Source: a virus
Direction: 5' to 3' (one strand)
Virus record (IMG/VR): IMGVR_UViG_3300027896_000017
Coordinates: 1-64,000 of that record
Length of the DNA: 64,000 bases
Shown here: piece after piece, positions 8,780 through 17,749 of the stretch
How the letters are laid out: every line of letters begins with the position of its first letter
How positions within the stretch are numbered: the stretch's first letter is position 1
Position numbers and translations under genes: made by a program
Notes under the pieces: model-generated
Seen by the model: the letters and a program-made list of their open reading frames with translations, nothing else
What the model was told of the DNA's origin: nothing
Databases searched by the model: none

Positions 8780-8988
8780 AGTCAAAAATTATTAAAGATC
8801 ATGTATGCAGGCCAAACAATTATTTATTATCGCCATTTATGGAAAGAATAGCTTTAAAAATATCCGAAGAAGCTGGTGGTAATAAAAATAATCAAAAAAG
8901 AATATCACATGGCTTGCAAATTTTAGTATTAAGAGAAGCCCATCGTAGAGGGATAGATACGAAAGTATTATATGATATAATTCATTAA
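8776..8988 (+). CDS. hypothetical protein
   Basis: ATGA overlap. Confidence 0.55.
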   Translation: MKSKIIKDHVCRPNNYLLSPFMERIALKISEEAGGNKNNQKRISHGLQILVLREAHRRGIDTKVLYDIIH

Positions 8989-9029
8989 CAATTCAATGAG
9001 TTACTATTGTATATTACATACAATAACTA

Positions 9030-9297
9030 GTTGTAGTCAATTTAAAATTGGAGATATTATATGATTAGTTGGTATCGTTATTCTGAATTGTCTGATGGTG
9101 GCATAGAAGATGCTCCACGTTTTGCGTATCGAGATGATGTGGAGCCAATTTTAAACAGCCTACAACAGCTAAAGGCTGAAATTTCCGCTCTTCTTACCGA
9201 ATATTATCATTATCAATATGAGGTTTCTCGTCCCGAATTGGCTGAAATTACATGGAACAAATTGCGGAAACTATCAGCCATTTAGCAAACGTTGTGC
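9030..9297 (+). mobile_element. isolated attC-like cassette
   Basis: GTTGTAGTCAATTTAAAATTGG (9030) is complementary to CCAATTTTAAACAGCCTACAAC (9145-9166); hairpin runs to AAAC GTTGTGC (9291). Confidence 0.65.
9061..9285 (+). CDS. hypothetical cassette protein (QQLKAEI..KLRKLSAI)
   Basis: GGAG RBS; shared attC-encoded tail. Confidence 0.6.
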   Translation: MISWYRYSELSDGGIEDAPRFAYRDDVEPILNSLQQLKAEISALLTEYYHYQYEVSRPELAEITWNKLRKLSAI

Positions 9298-9895
9298 GAA
9301 ATAAGAGATTGTTTTTATGGTTGTAGACGGTCACACATCAATTCCCGGTGGAATCTCGGGCAATGGGGTAGGTTCGACGCCTACATGTGACAAGTGGACG
9401 CACGAGCAGACCGCTTTACACTATGGAGGCAATCTCTTAAATTGCCATGTGTAAAAATAGTGCCACCGGTTGAAAGTACCAGTGATTTCAGGCTTGGGGT
9501 GGCTTGGCTTGTGACCTCACATATGGCAATTATATATTATTTACAATTCTTTTATAGGAGAATTATATGTGGCAATTCTTTGGTTTTATTTTTTGTTTTT
9601 TGATATTAGCTACAATATTTGCTGAGATTGTAATGCATCTACCTTAAATTCAGGACGAATATTATAAATAGTCATATTATATAGACGGTTGCAGCAATGA
9701 ACATACCATATGCAGGGCATATATCGTGGGTTAGCTACCCTGCTCGTCGGCCTGTAAGTGTCGATCACTTCATATCACGCTTGTTATTTTGGACCGAAAG
9801 GGATGAAGGAGTAACAAGATACCACAGGTAAGCATATGGGCAACCGTCTTATAAATATTATTTTTAAATTTTTAAACTTTAATTGATGTGCACAA

Positions 9896-10210
9896 ATGAA
9901 ATTAACTAAAGCTATTTCTGTAATCGAACATTTATATAGTTTATCAACTTCAAATAGTGAGGCATGGTCTGTCATTCGTGCGGCATTGTTGAAAGTTCAA
10001 AAACCAGTCAAACAACGTAAGTTAAATATTTGCCCAGCTTGTACTGAAGATAAAGTATTAATAGCGGCTTATAGTAAAGGTGTAAAAACAATTACATGTA
10101 CTATGTGTGACGGATCTGGCAAAAAACCTACAAATTTGTCATTGGATTGCTACGGTATTTCAGTTAATTCTGAAAGTGGTAAGATATCGAAACTTCAAAA
10201 GAATTTATAA
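9896..10210 (+). CDS. protein with CxxC..CxxCxGxG zinc finger
   Basis: CPAC and CTMCDGSG motifs. Confidence 0.55.
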   Translation: MKLTKAISVIEHLYSLSTSNSEAWSVIRAALLKVQKPVKQRKLNICPACTEDKVLIAAYSKGVKTITCTMCDGSGKKPTNLSLDCYGISVNSESGKISKLQKNL

Positions 10211-10236
10211 TATTCACTTAAATTCATGGAGAAATT

Positions 10237-10596
10237 ATGTCATCTAAACTTACTAAAAAAGAGATTCAAAAAGATTTTATAGCCCTCATCAATAGTTGTG
10301 TTGAGGGCTACACTGAAGAATGGACACCTTCTTGTGGAGAAAGCAGAGAAGGTTTTCTTGCCATGAAGGATCTACTTGAGAATCTTGCTGGGCATTTCAA
10401 AGTAGATATATCAAAAGCTAAAAAAAATATAAAGGAGTTTAAAATGGCTATTGAAAGAAGGACTAGAGGTGGTCAAGGCGGTAAAATAGGTCATAGCAAT
10501 ATGAGCCATTATACCGAGACCGAGATTATTAAAAAGGGTCACAAAAAACATCTTCGCAAAGAATCTAAAAAAATTATTTGTGAAGAATTAACCTGA
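10237..10596 (+). CDS. hypothetical protein (probably two genes joined at an A8 run)
   Basis: Internal AAGGAG + ATG 10444. Confidence 0.5.
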   Translation: MSSKLTKKEIQKDFIALINSCVEGYTEEWTPSCGESREGFLAMKDLLENLAGHFKVDISKAKKNIKEFKMAIERRTRGGQGGKIGHSNMSHYTETEIIKKGHKKHLRKESKKIICEELT

Positions 10597-10607
10597 AAGG
10601 AATCAAT

Positions 10608-11534
10608 ATGTCATCCTGGCATAGCTATCCATCTGTTTACGCGTTGGGGCACAAGGCTATAGAGAATTTATTCAAAGACCCTGTTCTGGTTGAGGAAAAG
10701 ATCGATGGCAGCCAGATGTCTTTTGGTAGATTTAACAAAGAATTGAAAGTTAAATCAAAGGGTAAAGAAATGTATCCTGAAGCGCCAGAAAATTTATTTG
10801 AAGAAGCTGTCAAATTTGTATCTACTCTCGATCTTCATGATGGTTGGACTTATCGCGGAGAATGCCTTAAGAAACCACATCATAACGCATTGGTTTATGA
10901 TAGGGTTCCTAAAGGTAATGTAATCCTGTTTGATATTAATACTGATGAGGAACAATACCTTTCAAGGAAAGATAAAGAAATTGAGGCTACTCGTTTAGGT
11001 ATTGAAATTGTGCCAGTTATGTATGAAGGCATGATTTCTACTCCAGAGGAAGTGCTTATCTTCCTTGAAAAACAATCTATTCTGGGTGGCCAGAAGGTTG
11101 AAGGTGTGGTTATTAAAAATTACGCTCAGTTTGGGCGCGACAAGAAGGTGCTCATGGGGAAGTATGTCTCAGAGCAATTTAAGGAGGTTAACAGGGAGAA
11201 CTGGAAAGAAGCCAATCCTCAACAGGGGGATATCATTACTCGCCTTATAAACGCTTACAAGACGCCTGCAAGGTGGAATAAGGCTGTTCTGCACCTGGAG
11301 GAGCGTGGCGAGCTTGAGAGGTCTCCTCGTGATATAGGAAAGCTTATAAACGAGGTTAAGGCTGATTTAAAGAAAGAGTGCGAAGAAGAGATTAAGCAAG
11401 CCTTCTACGACTGGGGGATTGGCAATATTTTAAGAGGGGCTGTAACAAGACTTCCTGAGTGGTATAAAGAGGAATTGTTGAAGTTACAATTCCATATTAA
11501 ACCAGAGAATCAGCAAGATGTTAAACCCAGCTGA
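10608..11534 (+). CDS. ATP-dependent RNA ligase (Rnl2-like)
   Basis: Motif I EEKIDGS, YRGE, LFDI, EGVVIKN. Confidence 0.85.
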   Translation: MSSWHSYPSVYALGHKAIENLFKDPVLVEEKIDGSQMSFGRFNKELKVKSKGKEMYPEAPENLFEEAVKFVSTLDLHDGWTYRGECLKKPHHNALVYDRVPKGNVILFDINTDEEQYLSRKDKEIEATRLGIEIVPVMYEGMISTPEEVLIFLEKQSILGGQKVEGVVIKNYAQFGRDKKVLMGKYVSEQFKEVNRENWKEANPQQGDIITRLINAYKTPARWNKAVLHLEERGELERSPRDIGKLINEVKADLKKECEEEIKQAFYDWGIGNILRGAVTRLPEWYKEELLKLQFHIKPENQQDVKPS

Positions 11535-11564
11535 TTTATGATATAATTATAGTAGTGAATTTAT

Positions 11565-11925
11565 GGGGGTGCACGGTTTCGACAGATTTGATGAAAATTA
11601 AGTTGCATGTCGTGGATGATTGTTGGCCACGTTAAACATCAATCACGTATCAACTGCCGAAGATTATTCTTTCGCAGAAATGCTGAAAGTCGCCTAATTA
11701 AAGGTGACGAGGGTTAGTGATCATGCTCTGAATCATTAATCTACTAATGAGCTAGAGATTATATGGGTGGCCTTCGTGACATATAATTTTGAAATTATCT
11801 GAGGTTGATCTTGAGATGGTATTGCTGGTATCGAGTTTCAAGATCATATCTAAAACCAGCTAAACATGTAGTAACTTAATTAGAGTCGAATTTGGACAGG
11901 AGTTCAATTCTCCTCACCTCCACCA
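11565..11925 (+). ncRNA. ssrA: tmRNA
   Basis: 5' GGGGGTG..GGTTTCGAC; 3' T-arm AGGAGTTCAATTCTCCT and CACCTCC-ACCA; tag ORF AEDYSFAEMLKVA* at 11656-11697. Confidence 0.95.
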
Positions 11926-12137
11926 TTTCAAAGCGTATTGATATCATTATCATTACGCTTTTTTTTATTTTATTATAAAAGAAATAAAGTATTTTTTATA
12001 TGGGTGAGCAACGAATCCGCGAGAATGATCAGCTTTCCCAGATAGCGAGTTCGCTAAGTGGAAATGCCGTCAATATGAGGTAGCACGCTGGCCGTGGAGG
12101 AAAACTCACCCATTCTATTTTAAAAGAGGATAGAAAA

Positions 12138-12338
12138 ATGATATGGATATGTCTTGTTATTATAGAAGGACTTATTTGTTTTTATGTTGGACGATTGAAT
12201 GGGATTAAAAAGGAACGAAATCATTGGAAAAAATATTATTTAAAAAAAGAAATTATATGTAATTACCCAAATGCTTGTGGACTCAGGATGAATGGCAGAT
12301 GTGATTTAGAAAAACCTTGCGATAAATATATACCTTAA
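12138..12338 (+). CDS. small membrane-anchored Cys-rich protein
   Basis: GAGGA RBS; N-terminal TM. Confidence 0.55.
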   Translation: MIWICLVIIEGLICFYVGRLNGIKKERNHWKKYYLKKEIICNYPNACGLRMNGRCDLEKPCDKYIP

Positions 12339-12344
12339 TAAAGG

Positions 12345-12644
12345 ATGGCTAAAATGATATTTTTTTTATGGCTAATATTAATATTTATTCTAGCTTATAT
12401 TATGTATCGTATCGGAAAATATAGTGAACAAAGACACTTAGGTATAACTTCAACTGATGAAATAAATAAAAGTATAGATAAATCATTATTTACATTCAGA
12501 GAAAGAATACGACGACGATGGGGTAAGCTAAATAAGAAATTTGTAAGATCTATAAAACCATGCCCAACTTGTGGGAGTCGTAATATTAAATGCAGAGGTT
12601 CATTGTGGAATTGTGAGGACTGTGGCAAACAATGGCATTTGTGA
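12345..12644 (+). CDS. membrane-anchored zinc-ribbon protein
   Basis: N-terminal TM; CPTC..CEDC. Confidence 0.6.
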   Translation: MAKMIFFLWLILIFILAYIMYRIGKYSEQRHLGITSTDEINKSIDKSLFTFRERIRRRWGKLNKKFVRSIKPCPTCGSRNIKCRGSLWNCEDCGKQWHL

Positions 12645-12724
12645 TATTTTATATGAATTCATGATATAACAATTATGGAGAAATTTATTTGTATAAAAAT
12701 CATTCTCTAAACAAGGAGATAAAC

Positions 12725-12988
12725 ATGTTATTTCTCATTGAGCCAAGTGAACTCAGGAAAGCTTTAAAAGATATTGAAATTGCTGAAAAGAATGGATTTA
12801 AGTTTTGTAGAGGTGTTTTTAGATTAGATACCCAATCTGAGATATTAAACAATTGCTTGGCAAGATATTCAGATTTGGATGAAAAGGCTCACCCTACAAA
12901 TCCGTGTCTGGATTGGGGAAGACATCAAAATGTAACAAAAAGACACAAATTTGTTAAAGGTAAGTTACATTTAATTAAAAAAAATTAA
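12725..12988 (+). CDS. hypothetical protein
   Basis: AAGGAG RBS before ATG 12725. Confidence 0.6.
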   Translation: MLFLIEPSELRKALKDIEIAEKNGFKFCRGVFRLDTQSEILNNCLARYSDLDEKAHPTNPCLDWGRHQNVTKRHKFVKGKLHLIKKN

Positions 12989-13191
12989 TAAAAGAAAAAT
13001 CTTACAATTTCAATAAGATTTATTTGTGAACCCATCTTGCACATGACTATAAAAACGTGAGCACAACAACCTACAATTACAGTAAACAAAACTGCTGATC
13101 GAGTAATCGAACGATCAGGGGCCGGTGGTGTGAGTTGATATAGTTATGTGCAAGGTGGGTTTATTATTTAACTTAAAACAAAGGAGAATTT

Positions 13192-13608
13192 ATGAAATAT
13201 GTCGAAGGTTTGAGTAAAGAGATGGTAATTGCGGCAACATATTCAAAAGACAAAAATTTTACAAAATTAAGTGAAAAGGCTAAAAAAATCAACGATATAA
13301 TTGACTCTTTAGTTATGAGTGAAACACCTAAAAGAAAAATGAGATCTATTATATCAATATTATTGAACGAAACATTGCCAACACAAGACAGTAGATTTAA
13401 GTGCAAAATATTTACAGCATTGGTTCATTTAGACGAATATGGTTCACACGATTATCCTATCGGAGAAGTTGTTATCGTTATTCATCCAACAAGTCGTCAC
13501 GCTATTAGGCCTGATGGAAGTTGTGGTAATCGTTATACTGAACCTGATGGGTTGCATTGTAGGTACGCCACCGTCGAAGAGATAGAAGCAGCATTTTCAG
13601 ATGAATAA
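13192..13608 (+). CDS. hypothetical protein
   Basis: AAGGAG RBS. Confidence 0.7.
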   Translation: MKYVEGLSKEMVIAATYSKDKNFTKLSEKAKKINDIIDSLVMSETPKRKMRSIISILLNETLPTQDSRFKCKIFTALVHLDEYGSHDYPIGEVVIVIHPTSRHAIRPDGSCGNRYTEPDGLHCRYATVEEIEAAFSDE

Positions 13609-13900
13609 AAATTTAGCACTTAAAAAAAGATACTACTATTGCTCCAGTTGCGGGGCAATAGTAGAACGATTTTCTGATCGAAAAAGAATTAATTCATATT
13701 GTGACAAATACAATAAAAGTGTATATTTGCAGCCAATATTAAAAAAACAGATTAAAAAATGCCATAAATGTGAAGGGACAGGAATGATAAGTAATAAGAA
13801 TATTACGTCACATTATGGTATTGTAGCGCTAATGTGCAAATATTGTAAAGGAACGGGAAAGATCATTAAATGTATCAACAACATTTCAAAAAGGAAATAA
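13601..13900 (+). CDS. DnaJ-type zinc finger protein
   Basis: CHKCEGTG and CKYCKGTG motifs. Confidence 0.6.
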   Translation: MNKNLALKKRYYYCSSCGAIVERFSDRKRINSYCDKYNKSVYLQPILKKQIKKCHKCEGTGMISNKNITSHYGIVALMCKYCKGTGKIIKCINNISKRK

Positions 13901-13914
13901 TAAAGAAGGAAAAA

Positions 13915-14067
13915 ATGACAGTAAAAATTGATGATACTTCAAGAAAACAATATTATTGTGCTGCATGTGATTTGGAATATCTTGTTGCGGATTATGATAA
14001 TTTAATAGCACAAGAGGTCGCCAAATTATGCCCTAAATGTGAACATCCTGGCAAATTAAAAGAGTAA
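13915..14067 (+). CDS. small zinc-ribbon protein
   Basis: AAGGA RBS; CAAC..CPKC. Confidence 0.5.
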   Translation: MTVKIDDTSRKQYYCAACDLEYLVADYDNLIAQEVAKLCPKCEHPGKLKE

Positions 14068-14215
14068 TCAGAATGTTAAAAAAACAAATTGTTATCATAA
14101 ATCTTAATTAAAGGCGGGCTGAGATCGTGGGGGAACTTCCACCCTGCTTAGAAAAGGTGCAGTGCCCTGAGTGACGATCTGTAGGGGCTGAGCCGCCTGT
14201 TTATAGGAGGACACT

Positions 14216-15121
14216 ATTAATCATACTCAATGGTTTGCTCAGAACAATAAATTCCAACAACATGAACAATGGCTGGTTGATAATGTAATATTAGAAACTA
14301 TAGTTGGGTCTCATGCATATGGATGTCAGACGCCACAATCTGATTATGATTTGGCCGCAATAGTATTACCAAGATGTGAACATCTAAATCCACAAAAATT
14401 CGGGTTCATACTTGGGTTCGATAATTTGCCAAATTTTAAACGTAAAGAAATTAAAGGCAAAAAAGTCGATATAAATGGTAAATTATTTGAGGCTGAATGG
14501 ATATCATTAATAGAATTCTTTGTTCAGGCAGGGTTAAAAGGGTCACCTAATCTTATTGAAATTCTTTTTGCAAACAGAGAGTTTGTTACTGTAGGAACAA
14601 AAATGGGGTGGCGTCTTCGTGATAATAGACGTTTATTCCTTTCAATGAAAACATATCATGCGTTTCGTGGGTATGCGTGTGGTCAAATGCATAGAATAAG
14701 ACAGCGTAATCCTGAAACAGAAGATCGTAAGGCTATGGTAGCCAAATATGGATACGATCTTAAAATGGCTTTTCATACTTTACGTTTAATGGATCAAATA
14801 GATCAAATACTCACCATTAATGATATTGATTTAATGAGAAATAAAGAAGAATGCAAATTAATGCGCAATGGAGAATGGGGAGATTTTGATAGATTTGATA
14901 AAGAGTTTCAAAAACGTATGGATCATCTTGAAGAGCTTTCCAGGAAATGCAACTTGCCGCCTCAACCACAACAAGGGGCGTTAAAGCAGCTTTTAGTGAG
15001 TATACTGGAAGAACACTATCCTGTTGACGAAATGATACAAATGACAGATGAGTATGTTTCTGCAAAACAAGTAAATGATAAGTTGGATGAAATAATTAAT
15101 TTAATAAAGAAACCTCAATAA
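14216..15121 (+). CDS. Pol beta-superfamily nucleotidyltransferase (RlaP/YcgL-like), ATT start
   Basis: GSHAYG..PQSDYD catalytic motif lies upstream of the called TTG; AGGAGG sits 5 nt before in-frame ATT 14216; GYDLK.A.H..RL motif. Confidence 0.8.
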   Translation: MNHTQWFAQNNKFQQHEQWLVDNVILETIVGSHAYGCQTPQSDYDLAAIVLPRCEHLNPQKFGFILGFDNLPNFKRKEIKGKKVDINGKLFEAEWISLIEFFVQAGLKGSPNLIEILFANREFVTVGTKMGWRLRDNRRLFLSMKTYHAFRGYACGQMHRIRQRNPETEDRKAMVAKYGYDLKMAFHTLRLMDQIDQILTINDIDLMRNKEECKLMRNGEWGDFDRFDKEFQKRMDHLEELSRKCNLPPQPQQGALKQLLVSILEEHYPVDEMIQMTDEYVSAKQVNDKLDEIINLIKKPQ

Positions 15122-15315
15122 GATTTATCATAAAGGGAAAATAGTACCTTTATGATGAACTTCGCCCTAAACGAGTATTAAACCAGTATTTTGGGTAAAC
15201 CTGGAGGGTGAGTGCGTTTAAGCCAATAGCCCTGGTGGTCTTGTGCTAACACAAGAAAAGGTTTTTATTAGAATCTTAACCGAGTAACGAGAACACATAT
15301 TTAAAAGGAGATGGT

Positions 15316-15516
15316 ATGAAAAAGATAATTGGTATATTTTTAACATTAATATTTATTATAACATTGTATATTAGTAGTACAATTATTACTGAAAAAATAT
15401 TTTTAGAAGAATTTAATGGAATATCTTGGGCTTTTGGTGTTTTATCAATGTTATTAGCAATGTTATTTATAATTAAATATCAGTTAAAATATTTAATTAA
15501 AAAACAAAAAGATTAA
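15316..15516 (+). CDS. small membrane protein
   Basis: AGGAG RBS; 2 TM. Confidence 0.6.
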   Translation: MKKIIGIFLTLIFIITLYISSTIITEKIFLEEFNGISWAFGVLSMLLAMLFIIKYQLKYLIKKQKD

Positions 15517-15534
15517 ACATTATGAGGGGAGGAA

Positions 15535-16092
15535 TTGGTGAATTGGATATATGGAGAGCATGGCCATATAATAACTGAGATCGCCAGGGGGCTATCGTTA
15601 AATAATAAATTAAATAATTATTTAGAATTAGGTATAGAATATGGTAATATATTTAATAAAGTCGCCCCTCTAGTAAAAGATATGGCCGTTGCTGTAGAAA
15701 TAAATAAGAATTCATATCATAAAATTTGTCATAATAAAAATTTATTATGGAATTGCTGTTCAACTGATGATTATTTTGATAAATTTATTTCAAAAGAAAT
15801 TAAATTTGATCTAATATTTATTGACGCCGATCATGGCTTTGAATCTGTTAAAAAAGATTTTAATAATTCTTTTAAATATTTAAATGATGGTGGAATTATT
15901 CTATTGCATGATGTATATCCACCAGAAGAAAAATATCTTGGAAATGGTTTTTGTACAGATGCTTATAAAATAATGGACTATATAAAAAAGAATTATTTGC
16001 TTCAAACTGACGATATTGCAACAATTCCAATATTTTTTGGCATAGGATTTATAAGAAAAACTAAACGCCAATTAGATTGGCAAAACCATTAA
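15535..16092 (+). CDS. class I SAM-dependent methyltransferase (Methyltransf_24-like)
   Basis: YLELG, FDLIFIDADH, GGIILLHD. Confidence 0.85.
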   Translation: MVNWIYGEHGHIITEIARGLSLNNKLNNYLELGIEYGNIFNKVAPLVKDMAVAVEINKNSYHKICHNKNLLWNCCSTDDYFDKFISKEIKFDLIFIDADHGFESVKKDFNNSFKYLNDGGIILLHDVYPPEEKYLGNGFCTDAYKIMDYIKKNYLLQTDDIATIPIFFGIGFIRKTKRQLDWQNH

Positions 16093-16107
16093 TTAGGAGA
16101 ATTTATT

Positions 16108-16269
16108 ATGGCTGTTCATTGGACTCCGGATTCAAAATTTAATGCGGATAAGTATGACACTATTCCTAATGGAGGCAAACTTCCAGATAAACCTATTACG
16201 GCGCGTGGCCATAGACGTCATGAGCCTAAAGCATCAGGAGCGAAGATTTCTGAGGTAAACAAACATTAA
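16108..16269 (+). CDS. small hypothetical protein (53 aa)
   Basis: AGGAG RBS; MAVHWTPDSKF...; below the ORF-track cutoff. Confidence 0.5.
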   Translation: MAVHWTPDSKFNADKYDTIPNGGKLPDKPITARGHRRHEPKASGAKISEVNKH

Positions 16270-16405
16270 ATTTAAAATAAGTAAATATTAAATCTAAAAG
16301 AATGACAATTAATAATTGTCATTTTTTTTATATATTGGTATTTTTAGATTAATTATGGAATATCTATAATAGAACGTTTATCTTAAATTTTACAGAAAGG
16401 CCAAT

Positions 16406-16759
16406 ATGAAATGCAGAAAATTTGGTATTAAGCCTAACGAATGCTGTTTAAATTGCATGGATAGATTCAATAAGAATAATAATTGTTATAAAAAAGAATG
16501 CGCAGGATGTCCAATGGGAAATAAACAGCGTGGTATGGCTTGTTATCTTCCTCTATCCAGAGCGCTTAGAATTAATGATTTTGAAACTGTATATAATATT
16601 CTAACGGAATATGCTAGATTAAAAATCAAGGGAGCGATTCCTAGCGTATATGCAGACTTAATGATATCAAAAATAAAAAGTGAAAGAGAATTAAATAGAG
16701 ATATAAATTTTAACGAGCATTACGATCATGTCAGTAGTGCTTGGGATGGGTATATATGA
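16406..16759 (+). CDS. Cys-rich hypothetical protein
   Basis: GAAAGG RBS; follows promoter motif at 16354. Confidence 0.65.
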   Translation: MKCRKFGIKPNECCLNCMDRFNKNNNCYKKECAGCPMGNKQRGMACYLPLSRALRINDFETVYNILTEYARLKIKGAIPSVYADLMISKIKSERELNRDINFNEHYDHVSSAWDGYI

Positions 16760-17259
16760 ACTATTGGGTTACAACAGACACTCATTTAGGACATGATAAA
16801 ATGAAAGAATACTGTGGTAGACCATATAATTTTAGTGAAAAAATTTTAAAAAATTTATCTTTAACAATAAAACATGATGATATATTAATTCACATTGGCG
16901 ATGTGTGTATAGGTAATGATGCCTATTGGCATGAACAATTATCTTTAATACCGATGACAAAATGGCTTGTTCGTGGCAATCATGATAGAAAAAGCAATAT
17001 ATGGTATCTTACCCATGGATGGTCGTTTGTAGGTGATTATTTTAAAATGTATATGTGTGACAAATCTATTCTATTTTCTCATAAGCCCATTATTGATATA
17101 GGATACGATATAAATATTCATGGTCATTTTCATAATAATGATCATAGAACCTATGAACCAGAATTGGTGGCGATAAAAAATGATAAACAAATCTTATTGT
17201 GTATTGAACATCATTACCAGCTTTTTAAACTTGAAACAATCATAAAGAAAGGTATTTAA
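16756..17259 (+). CDS. calcineurin-like metallophosphoesterase
   Basis: DTHLGH, GD, GNHD, HGHFH; ATGA overlap start. Confidence 0.9.
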   Translation: MNYWVTTDTHLGHDKMKEYCGRPYNFSEKILKNLSLTIKHDDILIHIGDVCIGNDAYWHEQLSLIPMTKWLVRGNHDRKSNIWYLTHGWSFVGDYFKMYMCDKSILFSHKPIIDIGYDINIHGHFHNNDHRTYEPELVAIKNDKQILLCIEHHYQLFKLETIIKKGI

Positions 17260-17262
17260 ATT

Positions 17263-17718
17263 ATGGCTATACTATTAATGACTATAGGCATTCCAGGTTC
17301 AGGCAAAACGACTTGGGCTAAAAATTATGTTGCTCAACATAGCAATTTTACCATTATTAGCCCTGATGAAATACGAAGAAAATATTTGGGCGGCATTAAC
17401 GATATGAGTAGAATAGCAGATGCTTGGTTGGTGACAAAAATAAAAGTATCAGAGTTATTATTTGATAATAAAGATGTAATTCTTGATGCAACCAACGTAT
17501 CAACCACTTATAGGCGATCTTTTTTAATCGGATTACCTGAATGTGAATTGATGGCTAAAATTTTTGATGTAGAGCCAAAAATAGCTTGTGTGCGTATAGC
17601 ACAAGATCTTGAAACCAAAATAAGAGCCAATCCTCCAACTGAAACGGTATATAGAATGTATGGAGAATTTTTATATACATTAACTGTAATTCAGGATGAG
17701 GGATTTAAAATAATATAA
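17263..17718 (+). CDS. P-loop kinase, polynucleotide-kinase-like (AAA_33)
   Basis: GIPGSGKTT, SPDEIR, ILDATN. Confidence 0.85.
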   Translation: MAILLMTIGIPGSGKTTWAKNYVAQHSNFTIISPDEIRRKYLGGINDMSRIADAWLVTKIKVSELLFDNKDVILDATNVSTTYRRSFLIGLPECELMAKIFDVEPKIACVRIAQDLETKIRANPPTETVYRMYGEFLYTLTVIQDEGFKII

Positions 17719-17749
17719 CAGTTAAAATCAAACCTTAAAAGGAGAAGAA

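Noticed and set aside
9394-9603. 69-aa GTG-start ORF
   Set aside because: Starts inside a structured RNA with no RBS.
10005-10140. Additional attC-like site inside ORF 9896
   Set aside because: Has ..ACAAC and weak TTTGCC/GGCAAA arms but no GTT end; too degenerate to call.
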